A DNA stretch of 64,000 nucleotides from Hyphomicrobiales bacterium (GCA_039973685.1 JBDWKL010000021.1:6004-70003); one strand, 5' to 3'; positions 49,436 through 60,226 are shown, counted from the stretch's first letter. The notes: generated from the letters alone by a model not told the origin. Numbers and translations: made by a program.

Positions 49436-49848
49436 GTATTCGTATTTTACTTGTCGATGATGACGATATAGATGCCGACTTTTTACAAAGGGCGTTAGTA
49501 AGGTCCAATTCAGAAATCGAAATTACAAGAGCATCAGACGGACAAAGAGCGCTCCAACTATTAAATGATCAAACACCCGATCTAATCATACTTGATCTGG
49601 TTATGCCTGGTATTCACGGTTTTGACGTTCTGCTCGAAATACGCAGCAATTCGACCTATGCCACCATACCCACTTTGGTTTGTTCAGGGTCGGATGCTAG
49701 AGACGATATTATAAACAGCCAAAAAATGGGCGCAAATGCCTATATCGTTAAGCCGCAGTCACCGGCTGAATATAGATCACTCGCAGAGAGTTTGAATAGC
49801 TTTTGGTTTACGTGGGCGCAAAGTGCTCGACCAGATCGCCCACGCTAG
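49432..49848 (+). CDS. single-domain response regulator (Rcp1/CheY-like)
   Basis: ATGA overlap with the kinase stop. ILLVDDDDID, LIILDLVMPG, YIVKP, and a C-terminal FW motif as in phytochrome-associated Rcp regulators. Confidence 0.85.
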   Translation: MSIRILLVDDDDIDADFLQRALVRSNSEIEITRASDGQRALQLLNDQTPDLIILDLVMPGIHGFDVLLEIRSNSTYATIPTLVCSGSDARDDIINSQKMGANAYIVKPQSPAEYRSLAESLNSFWFTWAQSARPDRPR

Positions 49849-49849
49849 G

Positions 49850-50302
49850 CTAGCGTTGAAGTTGAGGGCGCCAATCTTTTGACGCCATTTCAAAACTTGA
49901 AAACTCAAAACCTGGGGCCACAGTGCAGCCGACCAGTGTCCACTCGCCTAAGCTTTCAGCTGTTTGCCACCAATTAGCGGGAACAACCACTTGCGGGCGC
50001 TCGCCAAAATCAATGTTTGGTCCCAAACGATGAGCTTCAGCACTCTTACCATCGCTCGATAAGGTGAGAGCAAGCGGCGCGCCAGCATAATAATGCCAAA
50101 CCTCGACTGCATCCGTAACACGGTGCCACTGTGAGCAATCATCCACCTCTAAAAGGTAATAGATAGCCGTCGAGTGCCCGCGTTCACCGCCAGCTTCATC
50201 GCGGTAGGTTTCAGTGTAGTAGCCACCTTCTGGATGAGGCTTTAGCCCTAATATTCGAATGATGTCTTTTGCTGATTGAGTTTCCGTTGAAACACCCAAC
50301 AT
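49850..50302 (-). CDS. cupin-fold protein (DUF985-like)
   Basis: 150 aa. LKPHPEGGYY...E near the N-terminus is characteristic of DUF985 (from memory). Start overlaps the gloB stop (TAATG on the minus strand). Confidence 0.6.
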   Translation of the reverse strand: MLGVSTETQSAKDIIRILGLKPHPEGGYYTETYRDEAGGERGHSTAIYYLLEVDDCSQWHRVTDAVEVWHYYAGAPLALTLSSDGKSAEAHRLGPNIDFGERPQVVVPANWWQTAESLGEWTLVGCTVAPGFEFSSFEMASKDWRPQLQR

Positions 50303-51084
50303 TAAGACACATCCTTGCGGTGACGAATTTCAGTGAATACCGCCTCATCACTGGCATCAGCCATACCAAGGCGCGCCCTAATTGCTGCATCATCGGGGCG
50401 CAAAAATGGGTTCGTTGCGAGTTCAATGGCCATGGTTGTTGGCAAGGTTGGCTTGTCTTGTGCTCGAAGAGCCTCAATCTCAGCCACACGCTCAACAAGT
50501 GCCGAATTGTTCGGGTCTATTGTCAAAGCAAATTTAGCATTGGCCAATGTATATTCATGGCCGCAATAAATTGTCGTATCAGCTGGCAATTTCTTGAGCT
50601 TCACCATCGAACCCCACATTTGTGCTGGCGTGCCTTCAAAAATACGGCCACACCCAAGCGCAAATAACGTGTCACCCGTAAAAGCAACCTTCGCCTCAGG
50701 TAGAAAATAATTGACCTGACCAAGCGTGTGCCCCGGTGTTTCAATCACCTCAACTGAGAAGGAGCCAAACTTAAAGCTATCCCCTTCACGCACCGTCTCA
50801 TCAATACCGGGAATTTTTGACGCTTCAGCCTCAGGCCCAATGATGTGAACCTTATATTTCTCCTTCAACATCAAATTCCCCTCCACATGGTCGCCGTGGT
50901 GGTGGGTTGTAATGATATGCGTCAGTGTCCAACCTGTATCAGCAAGTGCGCGCTCAACGGCTGCCCCTTCAGGCGCATCGATTGATGCTGTAACACCTGC
51001 ATCTGCATCATGAATAAGCACGCCAAAATTGTCAGATCGGCAGGGGAATTGATGAATTTCGAGAGAAGCCATAATACGTTTCAC
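50302..51084 (-). CDS. gloB: hydroxyacylglutathione hydrolase (glyoxalase II)
   Basis: Metallo-beta-lactamase motif THHHGDHVEG; 260 aa. Confidence 0.9.
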   Translation of the reverse strand: MKRIMASLEIHQFPCRSDNFGVLIHDADAGVTASIDAPEGAAVERALADTGWTLTHIITTHHHGDHVEGNLMLKEKYKVHIIGPEAEASKIPGIDETVREGDSFKFGSFSVEVIETPGHTLGQVNYFLPEAKVAFTGDTLFALGCGRIFEGTPAQMWGSMVKLKKLPADTTIYCGHEYTLANAKFALTIDPNNSALVERVAEIEALRAQDKPTLPTTMAIELATNPFLRPDDAAIRARLGMADASDEAVFTEIRHRKDVS

Positions 51085-51240
51085 TTTGGTTAGATAAACT
51101 TTGACAATGAGTATGGTGCTTTACACATTAAGGTCAACTCCCAGAACTCACTTGCAAAAAGCTTCATAAACAACAAATATTGAATCAAGCGCTGCACCAT
51201 CCAAAAGCGCGTCAAAACCTAGTTTGGAACCGACTGCTTA

Positions 51241-52005
51241 ATGTATCTTGACGCGATAGATCTTCGAAATTTCTACAACTCGCAACTCGGGCACCAAACG
51301 CGCACGAAATTGCAGGAGCAAATCAACCACGTTTGGCCAACGATCAAAGGTGAACGCGTTTTGGGTTTGGGCTATCCAACGCCATTCTTGCGTCCTTTCA
51401 TGCAAAGTGCAGAACGGGTCATCGCCTTTATGCCAGCCCAACAAGGCGTTTTTCGCTGGCCCTTGGATGAGCCATCGATCACCAGTTTGGTGATGGATGA
51501 CATGCTGCCCTTAGCAGATGCTGCCGTTGACCGTGTTTTGCTCACTCATTCCCTTGAAATGACCGACAACCCACGTGAATTACTCTCAGAGGTTTGGCGA
51601 GTTTTGTCACCGGGTGGACGCCTCTTGATCGTGGTGCCTAACAGAACTGGCTTATGGGCCAGAATGGAAAACACGCCATTCGGCTATGGTCGCCCGTTTA
51701 GCCGCGGGCAACTAACCCACCTTTTGCGTGATGCGATGTTTTCGCCCGTTGGTTGGGTGAGCGCTTTACATACCCCTCCCATTGAACGTCGATCGTTTCT
51801 AACAAGTCGTTGGATGGAAAACGGTGGCGCGCGATTTTGGACACGGCTTTCAGGTGTTTTTTTGATGGAAGCAACGAAAGAAATGTATCAGGGTATTCCT
51901 GCGAAAAAACAACGAGCGTTTAGACCTGCGTTCAAGCCTGTGCTAATGCCTTCCCCACAAGCAAGCCCCTCTTCTTCCCCACGAAAAAGCAATCCATGTC
52001 CTTAG
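51241..52005 (+). CDS. SAM-dependent methyltransferase-like protein
   Basis: Motif I-like ERVLGLGYP and LSPGGRLLIVVPN. Divergent from gloB. Confidence 0.55.
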   Translation: MYLDAIDLRNFYNSQLGHQTRTKLQEQINHVWPTIKGERVLGLGYPTPFLRPFMQSAERVIAFMPAQQGVFRWPLDEPSITSLVMDDMLPLADAAVDRVLLTHSLEMTDNPRELLSEVWRVLSPGGRLLIVVPNRTGLWARMENTPFGYGRPFSRGQLTHLLRDAMFSPVGWVSALHTPPIERRSFLTSRWMENGGARFWTRLSGVFLMEATKEMYQGIPAKKQRAFRPAFKPVLMPSPQASPSSSPRKSNPCP

Positions 52006-52856
52006 TAAAAGATCTCGGCGAATTATCTGGACCTTTGTTTGTTTTTGGAGGCCCTTACAGCAACCTCGAAGCAACTCGCGCGGCCCTAGATGAAGCGGCG
52101 ATGCTCGGCATTCCAAGTGAGCGGATTATTTGTACAGGGGACGTAACAGCTTATTGCGGAAACCCAGAAGAAACCAGCACACTGATCAGACAATCTGGCA
52201 TTCATGTTGTGCAAGGAAATTGCGAAGAAAGCCTCGCTGCCGACCGCGAAGATTGCGCTTGCGGGTTTGATGGTGAAAACGATTGCTCAAGGCTTGCTGT
52301 GCGCTGGTATGCCCATTCTAAAATTGAAACCAGCACTGAGAATAAAAACTGGATGGGCAACCTGCCCCATCGTCTGACCTTTAATTTTGCGGGCAAGAAA
52401 GTGCATGTTCTGCATGGCTCAGATAAACAGATCAACGAATTCATTTTCCAATCAACAGACCCATCGATCAAACAGCGCGATCTTGCGAACACCGGGGCAG
52501 ACATCATCATTTCAGGCCATAGCGGCCTACCATTTACAGAACATGTCGGTGATGGCATTTGGCATAATGCAGGCGTCGTGGGTGTGCCTGCCAATGATGG
52601 AACACCTCGCGTTTGGTATTCACTTGTTGAGGCAACGGATCAAGGCATTCGCTTCTCCCATAAAAGCCTCACCTATGATCACACAACGGCGATTAAAACC
52701 ATGTTGAAATACGGTTTGGATGATTATGCCACTTCGCTCGAAAGTGGCATTTATCCGTCACAAGATACCTTTGCCGTGGCTGAACAGCACGCAAAGGGCG
52801 TCGCGTTGCAAGAGCAAACAATTGTTTACAATCACCACGCCCTGGCAAACACCTGA
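51996..52856 (+). CDS. metallophosphoesterase family protein
   Basis: VFGGPYSN, CTGDV, QGNCE and LHGS blocks resemble calcineurin-like phosphoesterase motifs. 10-nt overlap with the upstream gene. Confidence 0.6.
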   Translation: MSLVKDLGELSGPLFVFGGPYSNLEATRAALDEAAMLGIPSERIICTGDVTAYCGNPEETSTLIRQSGIHVVQGNCEESLAADREDCACGFDGENDCSRLAVRWYAHSKIETSTENKNWMGNLPHRLTFNFAGKKVHVLHGSDKQINEFIFQSTDPSIKQRDLANTGADIIISGHSGLPFTEHVGDGIWHNAGVVGVPANDGTPRVWYSLVEATDQGIRFSHKSLTYDHTTAIKTMLKYGLDDYATSLESGIYPSQDTFAVAEQHAKGVALQEQTIVYNHHALANT

Positions 52857-52946
52857 TAGGCTGCATTGAAACGCCTCTATAAAATAGAGGCGAAATGCAT
52901 CACAGCCACTTAATGGGAGAAAGCTCCCACAAAGCTGAATTTCAAT

Positions 52947-53576
52947 TTATTCAGAAATCACGAAGATCGCTTCACGCGCGAACATATTCCAAAGCCAAGG
53001 GTGCCGGAATGCAATCGGTTTTCCATCGGAGCGAAGAGCGTGATGGTCCTCGGTTTTCAGATCTAATTCTTCCAACAGATCGCGAAAATCTCTGATGGTG
53101 CAAAAATGGATATTCTGCGTTTCATACCATTTTTCGGGCAAATGCTCGCTCATCGGCATCTGGCCATTAACACCAACCTGCCAACGAATATGCCAATGGC
53201 CAAAATTAGGAAATGACACCACAGCCTTTTTGCCGATGCGTACCAATTGTTTCAGCACGGCTTTGGGGCTTTCAACTGCTTGTATGGTTTGGCTCAAAAT
53301 CACAAAATCAAAAGATTTATCAGGATAGGGATCAAGATCAGAATCTGCATTGCCTTGAATAACGGACAAGCCTTTTTCAAGACACTGGGTAACACCCGCA
53401 TGGCTAATTTCAATGCCGCGCGCATCGACATTTTTTTGTGCCTCTAACATGCGAAGAAGCGTGCCATCGCCGCAGCCAATATCAAGCACACGTGAGCCTG
53501 GGTCGATTAGCTCGACAATGACATCAAAATCAGAGCGACGCACATGAGTAATAGGTTGTGTTACTTGATCCATCAT
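52947..53576 (-). CDS. metW: methionine biosynthesis protein MetW
   Basis: VLDIGCGDGTLL methyltransferase-like motif. 6 nt downstream of metX. Confidence 0.85.
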   Translation of the reverse strand: MMDQVTQPITHVRRSDFDVIVELIDPGSRVLDIGCGDGTLLRMLEAQKNVDARGIEISHAGVTQCLEKGLSVIQGNADSDLDPYPDKSFDFVILSQTIQAVESPKAVLKQLVRIGKKAVVSFPNFGHWHIRWQVGVNGQMPMSEHLPEKWYETQNIHFCTIRDFRDLLEELDLKTEDHHALRSDGKPIAFRHPWLWNMFAREAIFVISE

Positions 53577-53582
53577 TCAGCC

Positions 53583-54773
53583 TTATATTCCACGCGCACG
53601 AGCAGCAGACTGCAAAAAGCCATCAACGGTTTCAAACATTTCAGGCATATCAAGCAAGAAGCTATCGTGCCCTTTGTCGGTTTGAACTTCCACAAACGAA
53701 ACACCCGCCCCTGCTGCATTCAAAGCATGAACGACAGAACGGCTTTCTTCGGTTGGGAACAACCAGTCTGATGAGAATGACACCAAACAGAACCGTGTCT
53801 TCGTGCCCATAAATGCCTTACCAAGCACACCATCATAATCTGACGCTAGGTCGAAATAATCCATGGCCCGCGTGACATAGAGATATGAATTCGCGTCAAA
53901 GCGATCAACAAAAGCCATGCCTTGGTACTGGAGATAACTCTCAATTTGGAAGTCTGTGCCGAAAGTAAAGCCAACCTCTTCTTTGTCTTGAAGATTGCGC
54001 CCAAACTTTCGCTGCAAGCCTTCTTCAGACAAATAAGTAATGTGCGCAGCCATGCGGGCAACGCCAAGTCCTTTTGAAGGAACAAGCCCTTGGTCAGCAT
54101 AATTACCGCCAGACCAATTTGGGTCCGCCATAATCGCTTGTCGACCTACTTCATGAAACGCAATATTTTGCGGGCTGTGGCGTGCGCCTGTTGCAATGGG
54201 GACTGCTGCGAAAACATGCTCAGGATAGCTCGCTGCCCATTGCAGCACCTGCATGCCGCCCATCGAGCCGCCAACAACCGCAAACAAAGTATCAATACCA
54301 AGCTCCTCGATCATAAGCTTTTGCCCATTGACCATGTCACGAATGGTAATCACAGGCAGGTCCAGCCCATAAGCGCGACCCGTATCAGGATTAATCGACA
54401 GCGGTCCTGTTGAACCAAGACATGACCCCAATACATTCGGACAAATCACGCAGTAACGATCGGTATCAAGCGCTTTACCTGGTCCAATCATCGTGAGCCA
54501 CCAGCCTGGCTTGCCAGTTACTGGATGCTGTGAGGCTGCATATTGGTCACCTGTTAGCGCCTGACACACCAAGATTGCATTTGTGCGCTCTTCATTCAGT
54601 TCGCCATATTGCTCATAGGCCATCACCAATTCTGGCAACATTGCCCCACAATCAAGCCGCAATCCTCTTGAAATATGGACAGATTGACTGGAAGGCGTGC
54701 GCGCTTCACGAAGCGCAAGTTCACGCACCGTGTCGGTGTTATCATTCGTTGGTGGCGGGGTTTCGCGTCCCAT
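53583..54773 (-). CDS. metX: homoserine O-acetyltransferase
   Basis: 396 aa; alpha/beta hydrolase with GGSMGGMQ nucleophile motif and the MetX-type N-terminal region. Confidence 0.9.
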   Translation of the reverse strand: MGRETPPPTNDNTDTVRELALREARTPSSQSVHISRGLRLDCGAMLPELVMAYEQYGELNEERTNAILVCQALTGDQYAASQHPVTGKPGWWLTMIGPGKALDTDRYCVICPNVLGSCLGSTGPLSINPDTGRAYGLDLPVITIRDMVNGQKLMIEELGIDTLFAVVGGSMGGMQVLQWAASYPEHVFAAVPIATGARHSPQNIAFHEVGRQAIMADPNWSGGNYADQGLVPSKGLGVARMAAHITYLSEEGLQRKFGRNLQDKEEVGFTFGTDFQIESYLQYQGMAFVDRFDANSYLYVTRAMDYFDLASDYDGVLGKAFMGTKTRFCLVSFSSDWLFPTEESRSVVHALNAAGAGVSFVEVQTDKGHDSFLLDMPEMFETVDGFLQSAARARGI

Positions 54774-54937
54774 TTATGGTTCCGTTTGCAAATGCAGGCT
54801 GTTAGAAGAGCCGTTATGTCAACATTTGCGTCTAGTTTCAACGTTGAAACGACGCACTTTTCTTTTGCGCTTATTCAAGTCCTTGATTATGAATAGCGGC
54901 TTGAACCCATATTTAAGCGCTTTGACATGGTTTTTTC

Positions 54938-56122
54938 ATGGCAAAATCGCCCAAACAACAAATTGTGCAGCAATCCGTTATGACGACACAGGCCGATAAT
55001 TCAACATCAACCAAAGCCACCCGCCCTCAACCAAGAGCGGGCGTAATGGACATTGCGCCTTATATACCGGGCAAAACGAAAGCCTCCGGTGGTGTTGAAA
55101 CACAGCACAAGCTCTCATCCAATGAGACACCGTTTGGTCCAAGTCCAAAAGCTATAGAGGCTTATAAACAATCGGGCGACGCCCTTGAACTCTACCCAGA
55201 TGGTGCGTCAAGCGCGCTGCGCGAAGCGATTGCCTCAACGTACGGCCTTCATGGCGACCAAATTATTTGTGGCACAGGCTCAGATGAGATTTTGAGCCTG
55301 ATTTCATACGCCTATTTGTCTGATGGTGATGAAGCAATCCACACCGAGCACGGTTTCTTGGTTTATGACATCGCCATTCGTGCCGCTGGCGCATTACCTG
55401 TTGTGGCAAAAGAAACCGATGCCTGCGCCAACGTCGACGCGATCCTTAGCTGTTTGAGCGAGAAAACAAAAATTGTCTTTTTGGCCAATCCAAACAATCC
55501 AACAGGCACCTATTTGCCGTTTGATGAAGTGAGACGCCTTCATGCCGGATTGCCGCCTCATGTTATTTTGGTGCTCGATGCCGCTTATGCAGAATATGTG
55601 CGCCGCAATGATTATGAAGCGGGTATTGAACTTGTTTCAAACAACGAGAATGTCATTATGACCCGCACTTTTTCCAAAGTGCACGGCCTCGCTTTCTTGC
55701 GCCTTGGTTGGGCCTATGGGCCAGATCACATGCTGGATGCCCTCAACCGTATTCGTGGGCCGTTTAACGTAAACGGTGCAGCGATCAGCGCAGGTATTGC
55801 AGCGATTAAAGATCGTGAGTTCATGACCAGTGCCGTCTCCCACAACGAAGAATGGCTGCCGCGGCTAACTGCCGGCTTGGAAAAAATCGGCATTAAGGTG
55901 ACGCCAAGTGTTGGTAATTTTGTTTTGATGCATTTTCCTAATGGTGAAAAATCCGCCGAAGCCGCGGACGCCTATTTGCTTGACCGCGGGTGTATCTTGC
56001 GCCGTGTTACAGGCTATGGATTTCCTAATGGCCTACGCATGACCGTTGGCACTGAACAAGCAAACCGCGACGTGGTTTCTCATCTTGCAGACTTTATGGG
56101 TGTCGAAGCACCAGTTTTATAA
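54938..56122 (+). CDS. hisC: histidinol-phosphate aminotransferase
   Basis: NPNNPTG and the PLP-lysine context TFSKVHGLA. The start is uncertain (alternative ATG at 54980). Confidence 0.85.
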   Translation: MAKSPKQQIVQQSVMTTQADNSTSTKATRPQPRAGVMDIAPYIPGKTKASGGVETQHKLSSNETPFGPSPKAIEAYKQSGDALELYPDGASSALREAIASTYGLHGDQIICGTGSDEILSLISYAYLSDGDEAIHTEHGFLVYDIAIRAAGALPVVAKETDACANVDAILSCLSEKTKIVFLANPNNPTGTYLPFDEVRRLHAGLPPHVILVLDAAYAEYVRRNDYEAGIELVSNNENVIMTRTFSKVHGLAFLRLGWAYGPDHMLDALNRIRGPFNVNGAAISAGIAAIKDREFMTSAVSHNEEWLPRLTAGLEKIGIKVTPSVGNFVLMHFPNGEKSAEAADAYLLDRGCILRRVTGYGFPNGLRMTVGTEQANRDVVSHLADFMGVEAPVL

Positions 56123-57066
56123 TGCCGAAAATCACCCCTCGCCCAGAACCTCTATTTAAAAAGCTCACCCTGATTGGTATCGGGTTGATTGGCTCTTCCA
56201 TTGCCCATGCTGCAAAGCGTGCCAATTTGGTGGAAACGATCAGCATCACCACACGGCGCGAAGAAACGTTGGCAGAGGCGCAAAGCCTCTCGCTCGGTAA
56301 TCAATACACCCTTGATGCAGCAGAAGCCGTAAAAGGTGCCGACCTTGTCATCGTCTGCGTGCCTGTTGGCGCGTCGCAAGCTGTCGCAAAGTCCATTGCG
56401 CCACACCTGAGTGACGGTGCGATTGTCAGTGATGTTGGTTCGGTCAAACAAGCAGTCATCGATCAAATGGCGCCGCACTTACCAAATACTGTGCATTTCA
56501 TTCCGGGCCATCCAATTGCAGGCACAGAATATTCTGGACCGTCGGCTGGTTTTTCAAGCTTGTTTGAAGATCGCTGGTGCATTCTTACGCCGCAAAAGGG
56601 CGATGATGAAACGGCAACTGCAAAACTAACCGAGTTCTGGGAAGGATTGGGATCAAACGTCGAGTGTATGAACCCAACCCATCATGATTTGGTGCTCGCC
56701 ACCACATCGCACCTGCCACACCTTATTGCTTACAATATTGTCGGCACGGCAGACGATCTTGAGCAGGTGACAAAATCAGAAGTCATCAAATATTCTGCCG
56801 CAGGCTTTCGTGATTTCACACGCATTGCCGCATCAGATCCCACCATGTGGCGCGATGTTTGTCTTCATAACAAAGAAGCACTTCTCGAAATGCTATCGCG
56901 GTTTTCAGAAGACCTATCGTCCCTACAACGTATGATTAGATACGGCGAAGGCGATAAACTGTTTGAACTCTTCTCTCGCACCCGCGAAATCAGACGTTCC
57001 ATCATCGATGCAGGCCAAGATGTCGCTAACGCCAACTTTGGCCGTAGCGACGGTGATGACGACTAG
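56122..57066 (+). CDS. tyrC: prephenate/arogenate (cyclohexadienyl) dehydrogenase
   Basis: Rossmann motif LIGIGLIGSSIA. TAATG overlap with the hisC stop. Confidence 0.8.
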   Translation: MPKITPRPEPLFKKLTLIGIGLIGSSIAHAAKRANLVETISITTRREETLAEAQSLSLGNQYTLDAAEAVKGADLVIVCVPVGASQAVAKSIAPHLSDGAIVSDVGSVKQAVIDQMAPHLPNTVHFIPGHPIAGTEYSGPSAGFSSLFEDRWCILTPQKGDDETATAKLTEFWEGLGSNVECMNPTHHDLVLATTSHLPHLIAYNIVGTADDLEQVTKSEVIKYSAAGFRDFTRIAASDPTMWRDVCLHNKEALLEMLSRFSEDLSSLQRMIRYGEGDKLFELFSRTREIRRSIIDAGQDVANANFGRSDGDDD

Positions 57067-57068
57067 CT

Positions 57069-58100
57069 TTATTTAAAGCGCGACAGATCGAACTGACGAA
57101 TTGATCCAAGCGGGATGAAGCCGATTTTGACAAAGCCGCGTCTGATTTCAACACGCACCCGTTTTGCAGGCTGACCGTTTAACGTTGAATCCGTACCGAA
57201 GCCTTCCATTGCCCCAATCACAGCACGCGCTACAGATTGAATTTGCACAAGCTCTGGCCCCATCGCGTCAACAAATTCATTGAGATTGGCGCTATCAACA
57301 TCAAGATCAGCGTTCAAAAAACCATCGAGATCAAGCTTCACCCAGCCCTTGGCGAATAGTTCAGCGTTTCCTGACAACAGACTGATGCCTTGAATGTCTG
57401 CCTCACCACCTTTTTGAATCCACAAATGAAACGGTTTGGCTTTGCCACTAAAGGCAGGCGCGACATCATGGGCAACGACTGATCCTTCAACATCAATCGG
57501 AGGAAGTTTGTACTGCGAACCCAGCATTTCAATTGCCTTAGTGATGGTGCCGAAGACGACGGAATCGGGCTGTTCATCACCCGTGGTGCGTCTTGCACTT
57601 AGCATCACCGATCTTGCAAAAAGCGATGTTCCAGCCACTTCTGGCGGTGCATCAACAAGACTTGCTCGAGCATCTTCAACGCGAACAGTTGCAGCACTTA
57701 CACCATCTGTATGAAGCTTGGAGCCAAGCCGCGCCTTCTTCCACGTAATCTCAACAGTGCCTAACCGGCCCGCCTTAATACGTGCAGGTGATTTGAAATT
57801 GACCACTTGATGATGCGGGCGATAAACAAAAGCCTGCGCGTCAAGGCCTGCAAAATTAACGGCAATATCGCGTCCTCGCTCAAACACTGTTTCATCACAA
57901 GAAACCACAAGGCGAAAAGGAAATCCGCTAGAACGACGATTGTCACAGCTAAGTTTCCGGTCACCCGTATTCACTTGGGCCAATGCCTTATCAAGCTGCT
58001 CTTGCGCTTTTGCCGAAACAAAATTCCAACCAAAGCCCCAACCAACAGAAGCGAGCAACACAACAGCAATAAGAAATTTAAAGCGAGTTTTCATAGACAA
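57069..58100 (-). CDS. DUF2125-like periplasmic protein
   Basis: N-terminal TM/signal FKFLIAVVLLASVGWGF; 343 aa. The family call is from memory only. Confidence 0.45.
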   Translation of the reverse strand: MSMKTRFKFLIAVVLLASVGWGFGWNFVSAKAQEQLDKALAQVNTGDRKLSCDNRRSSGFPFRLVVSCDETVFERGRDIAVNFAGLDAQAFVYRPHHQVVNFKSPARIKAGRLGTVEITWKKARLGSKLHTDGVSAATVRVEDARASLVDAPPEVAGTSLFARSVMLSARRTTGDEQPDSVVFGTITKAIEMLGSQYKLPPIDVEGSVVAHDVAPAFSGKAKPFHLWIQKGGEADIQGISLLSGNAELFAKGWVKLDLDGFLNADLDVDSANLNEFVDAMGPELVQIQSVARAVIGAMEGFGTDSTLNGQPAKRVRVEIRRGFVKIGFIPLGSIRQFDLSRFK

Positions 58101-58160
58101 CCTTCAATCTTTATAAACAGCGTTCTTGTACCCAAGATGGGCACTTGCTAGGACATCATC

Positions 58161-58751
58161 ATGACACTCTATACGACGACTTTGCCCGATGAGGAACTCT
58201 TCAACGACAATCGTGACGACTTTTGGGTCTTTGCTTACGGTTCTTTGATGTGGAAACCAGATTTTGAGTTCACAGATCGCCAACCGGCAGTCCTTTCAAA
58301 CTATTGTCGCGCCCTTTGCATTTATTCGTGGGTTCATCGCGGCACGCAAGAAACACCGGGTTTGGTATTCGGCCTTCATCGTGGAGACGCCCTCAGTGAT
58401 ATTCATTGTCAGGGCGTTGCTTTCAAAATCCCGCCTCACGCTCAAGCATCTGCCGTTGAAATGTTGCGGGCGCGGGAGCTGGTGACGAATGTTTATCAAG
58501 AAGCGCAAGGGTCAATTGAACTCAAAGGCCCATCACCGCGTCAAGTAAACGCCCTCTTTTACACCGCCGTAGAAGATCACAAGCAATATGCAGGCACCCT
58601 TTCCCATGAAGCGCTTGTTCGTTTCGTGCGCCAAGGGGTTGGTGGTTCTGGCAATAATATCGACTATGTGCTTTCCACTTTTAATCAATTGGAAGCCGAA
58701 GGAATAGACGATCCTGTTCTCGCGAAACTTTGTGCAGATTTGCGCCGTTAG
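58161..58751 (+). CDS. gamma-glutamylcyclotransferase, ChaC-like
   Basis: FAYGSLMWKP N-terminal motif; 196 aa. Confidence 0.7.
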   Translation: MTLYTTTLPDEELFNDNRDDFWVFAYGSLMWKPDFEFTDRQPAVLSNYCRALCIYSWVHRGTQETPGLVFGLHRGDALSDIHCQGVAFKIPPHAQASAVEMLRARELVTNVYQEAQGSIELKGPSPRQVNALFYTAVEDHKQYAGTLSHEALVRFVRQGVGGSGNNIDYVLSTFNQLEAEGIDDPVLAKLCADLRR

Positions 58752-58843
58752 GGTTCCGCATTTTATTGTGAACAAGCGTTGGTATACGAGCCAAACCGAC
58801 CTATATAAATAGAAGTAAAATAAACGCTATTTCGAGCATCAAC

Positions 58844-60226
58844 ATGGCCGCAGACGATTATAAATCTGAAGACAACCGAATGTCAGGCCGCCTGTCACGT
58901 TATGCAAAAGTGGGCACGGGCGTTGGTGGAATTGCCGCAAAGATGGCAGGCAAACGCTTGTTTGGCCTTAATGTCGATGACGACAAAAACGCCGCAGCCC
59001 TCGCCGCAGCCCTTGGCAATCTCAAAGGCCCGATCATGAAGGTCGCGCAATTAATTGCCACCATTCCTGAAGCCGTACCCGCTGAATATGCCTCTGAACT
59101 CAGCCAACTCCAATCTGATGCGCCACCAATGGGTTGGGTGTTCGTCAAACGTCGCATGCGTTCTGAACTTGGGGCCGGATGGCAATCACGGTTTGAACAT
59201 TTTGACAAAGAACCCTCCGCAGCCGCTTCACTTGGCCAAGTCCACAAAGCAACGGCCCTTGATGGCAAACAGCTTGCCTGCAAATTGCAATATCCAGATA
59301 TGGCAAGCGCTGTAGAAGCGGACCTTAATCAGCTGCATCTTATTTTCTCGCTCTTCCGCCGTGTTGAACGCGCTATTGATACCAGCGAGATTTCAAAAGA
59401 GATCGGCGCGCGGTTGCGCGAAGAATTGCAATATCTGCGTGAAGGCAAACACATGCAGATGTATGCCAACATTCTCGCCCATGAAGATTTGGTCCGCGTT
59501 CCAACATATAATGCGGAACTTTCATCTGATCGTCTCCTGACGATGGAATGGCTACAAGGCAATAAGATGCTCACCTATAAAGAGCATTCTCAAGAAGACA
59601 GAAATCGCCTTTGTACCGCGATGTTCAAAGCGTGGTGGTACCCGCTTTATAATATTGGCGTCATTCATGGTGATCCACATCTTGGCAATTACACCGTTTT
59701 TGAAGAAGACGGGCAGCCATCAGGCATCAACCTGCTTGATTTTGGGTGTATCCGTATTTTCGAACCACGCTTTGCCGCAGCCGTCCTCGACCTTTATCAC
59801 GGCCTTAGAACCAATGATGAAGCACGCGTTGTAAATGCCTATGAGGAATGGGGGTTTAAAGGCTTAAGCAGACCATTGATTGATGCCATGACCATTTGGG
59901 CAAAATTCATCTATGGCCCGCTGCTTGATGACCGCGTGCGAGAAATTGCAGATGGTATCAAACCGGGTGATTATGGCCGCAAAGAAGCGTTTAATGTTCA
60001 CAAAGCTCTGCGCGAACATGGGCCAGTGACTATTCCGCAGGAATTTGTGTTTATGGATCGTGCCGCCATTGGGCTTGGCGGTGTATTCTTACATATGCGC
60101 GCAAAAAAGAATTTTTATGAGCTGTTTAATGAGCAAATTGAAAACTTCGACATCGATGTTTTGAAAAAATCACAAGATGATGCTTTAAGCCGCGTTGCAC
60201 TTCCTGCCATGGAAGCAGCAAAATAA
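58844..60226 (+). CDS. ABC1/UbiB-family atypical kinase
   Basis: AAASLGQVHKA, HGDPHLGN and LLDFG motifs. Confidence 0.8.
   Translation: MAADDYKSEDNRMSGRLSRYAKVGTGVGGIAAKMAGKRLFGLNVDDDKNAAALAAALGNLKGPIMKVAQLIATIPEAVPAEYASELSQLQSDAPPMGWVFVKRRMRSELGAGWQSRFEHFDKEPSAAASLGQVHKATALDGKQLACKLQYPDMASAVEADLNQLHLIFSLFRRVERAIDTSEISKEIGARLREELQYLREGKHMQMYANILAHEDLVRVPTYNAELSSDRLLTMEWLQGNKMLTYKEHSQEDRNRLCTAMFKAWWYPLYNIGVIHGDPHLGNYTVFEEDGQPSGINLLDFGCIRIFEPRFAAAVLDLYHGLRTNDEARVVNAYEEWGFKGLSRPLIDAMTIWAKFIYGPLLDDRVREIADGIKPGDYGRKEAFNVHKALREHGPVTIPQEFVFMDRAAIGLGGVFLHMRAKKNFYELFNEQIENFDIDVLKKSQDDALSRVALPAMEAAK

Noticed and set aside
54774-54937. SAM-II riboswitch upstream of metX.
   Set aside because: The stems I can draw are nested hairpins, not the H-type pseudoknot, and I could not find the conserved AAAGCU-type 3' strand. 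It is left as an open question in the findings rather than called a feature.
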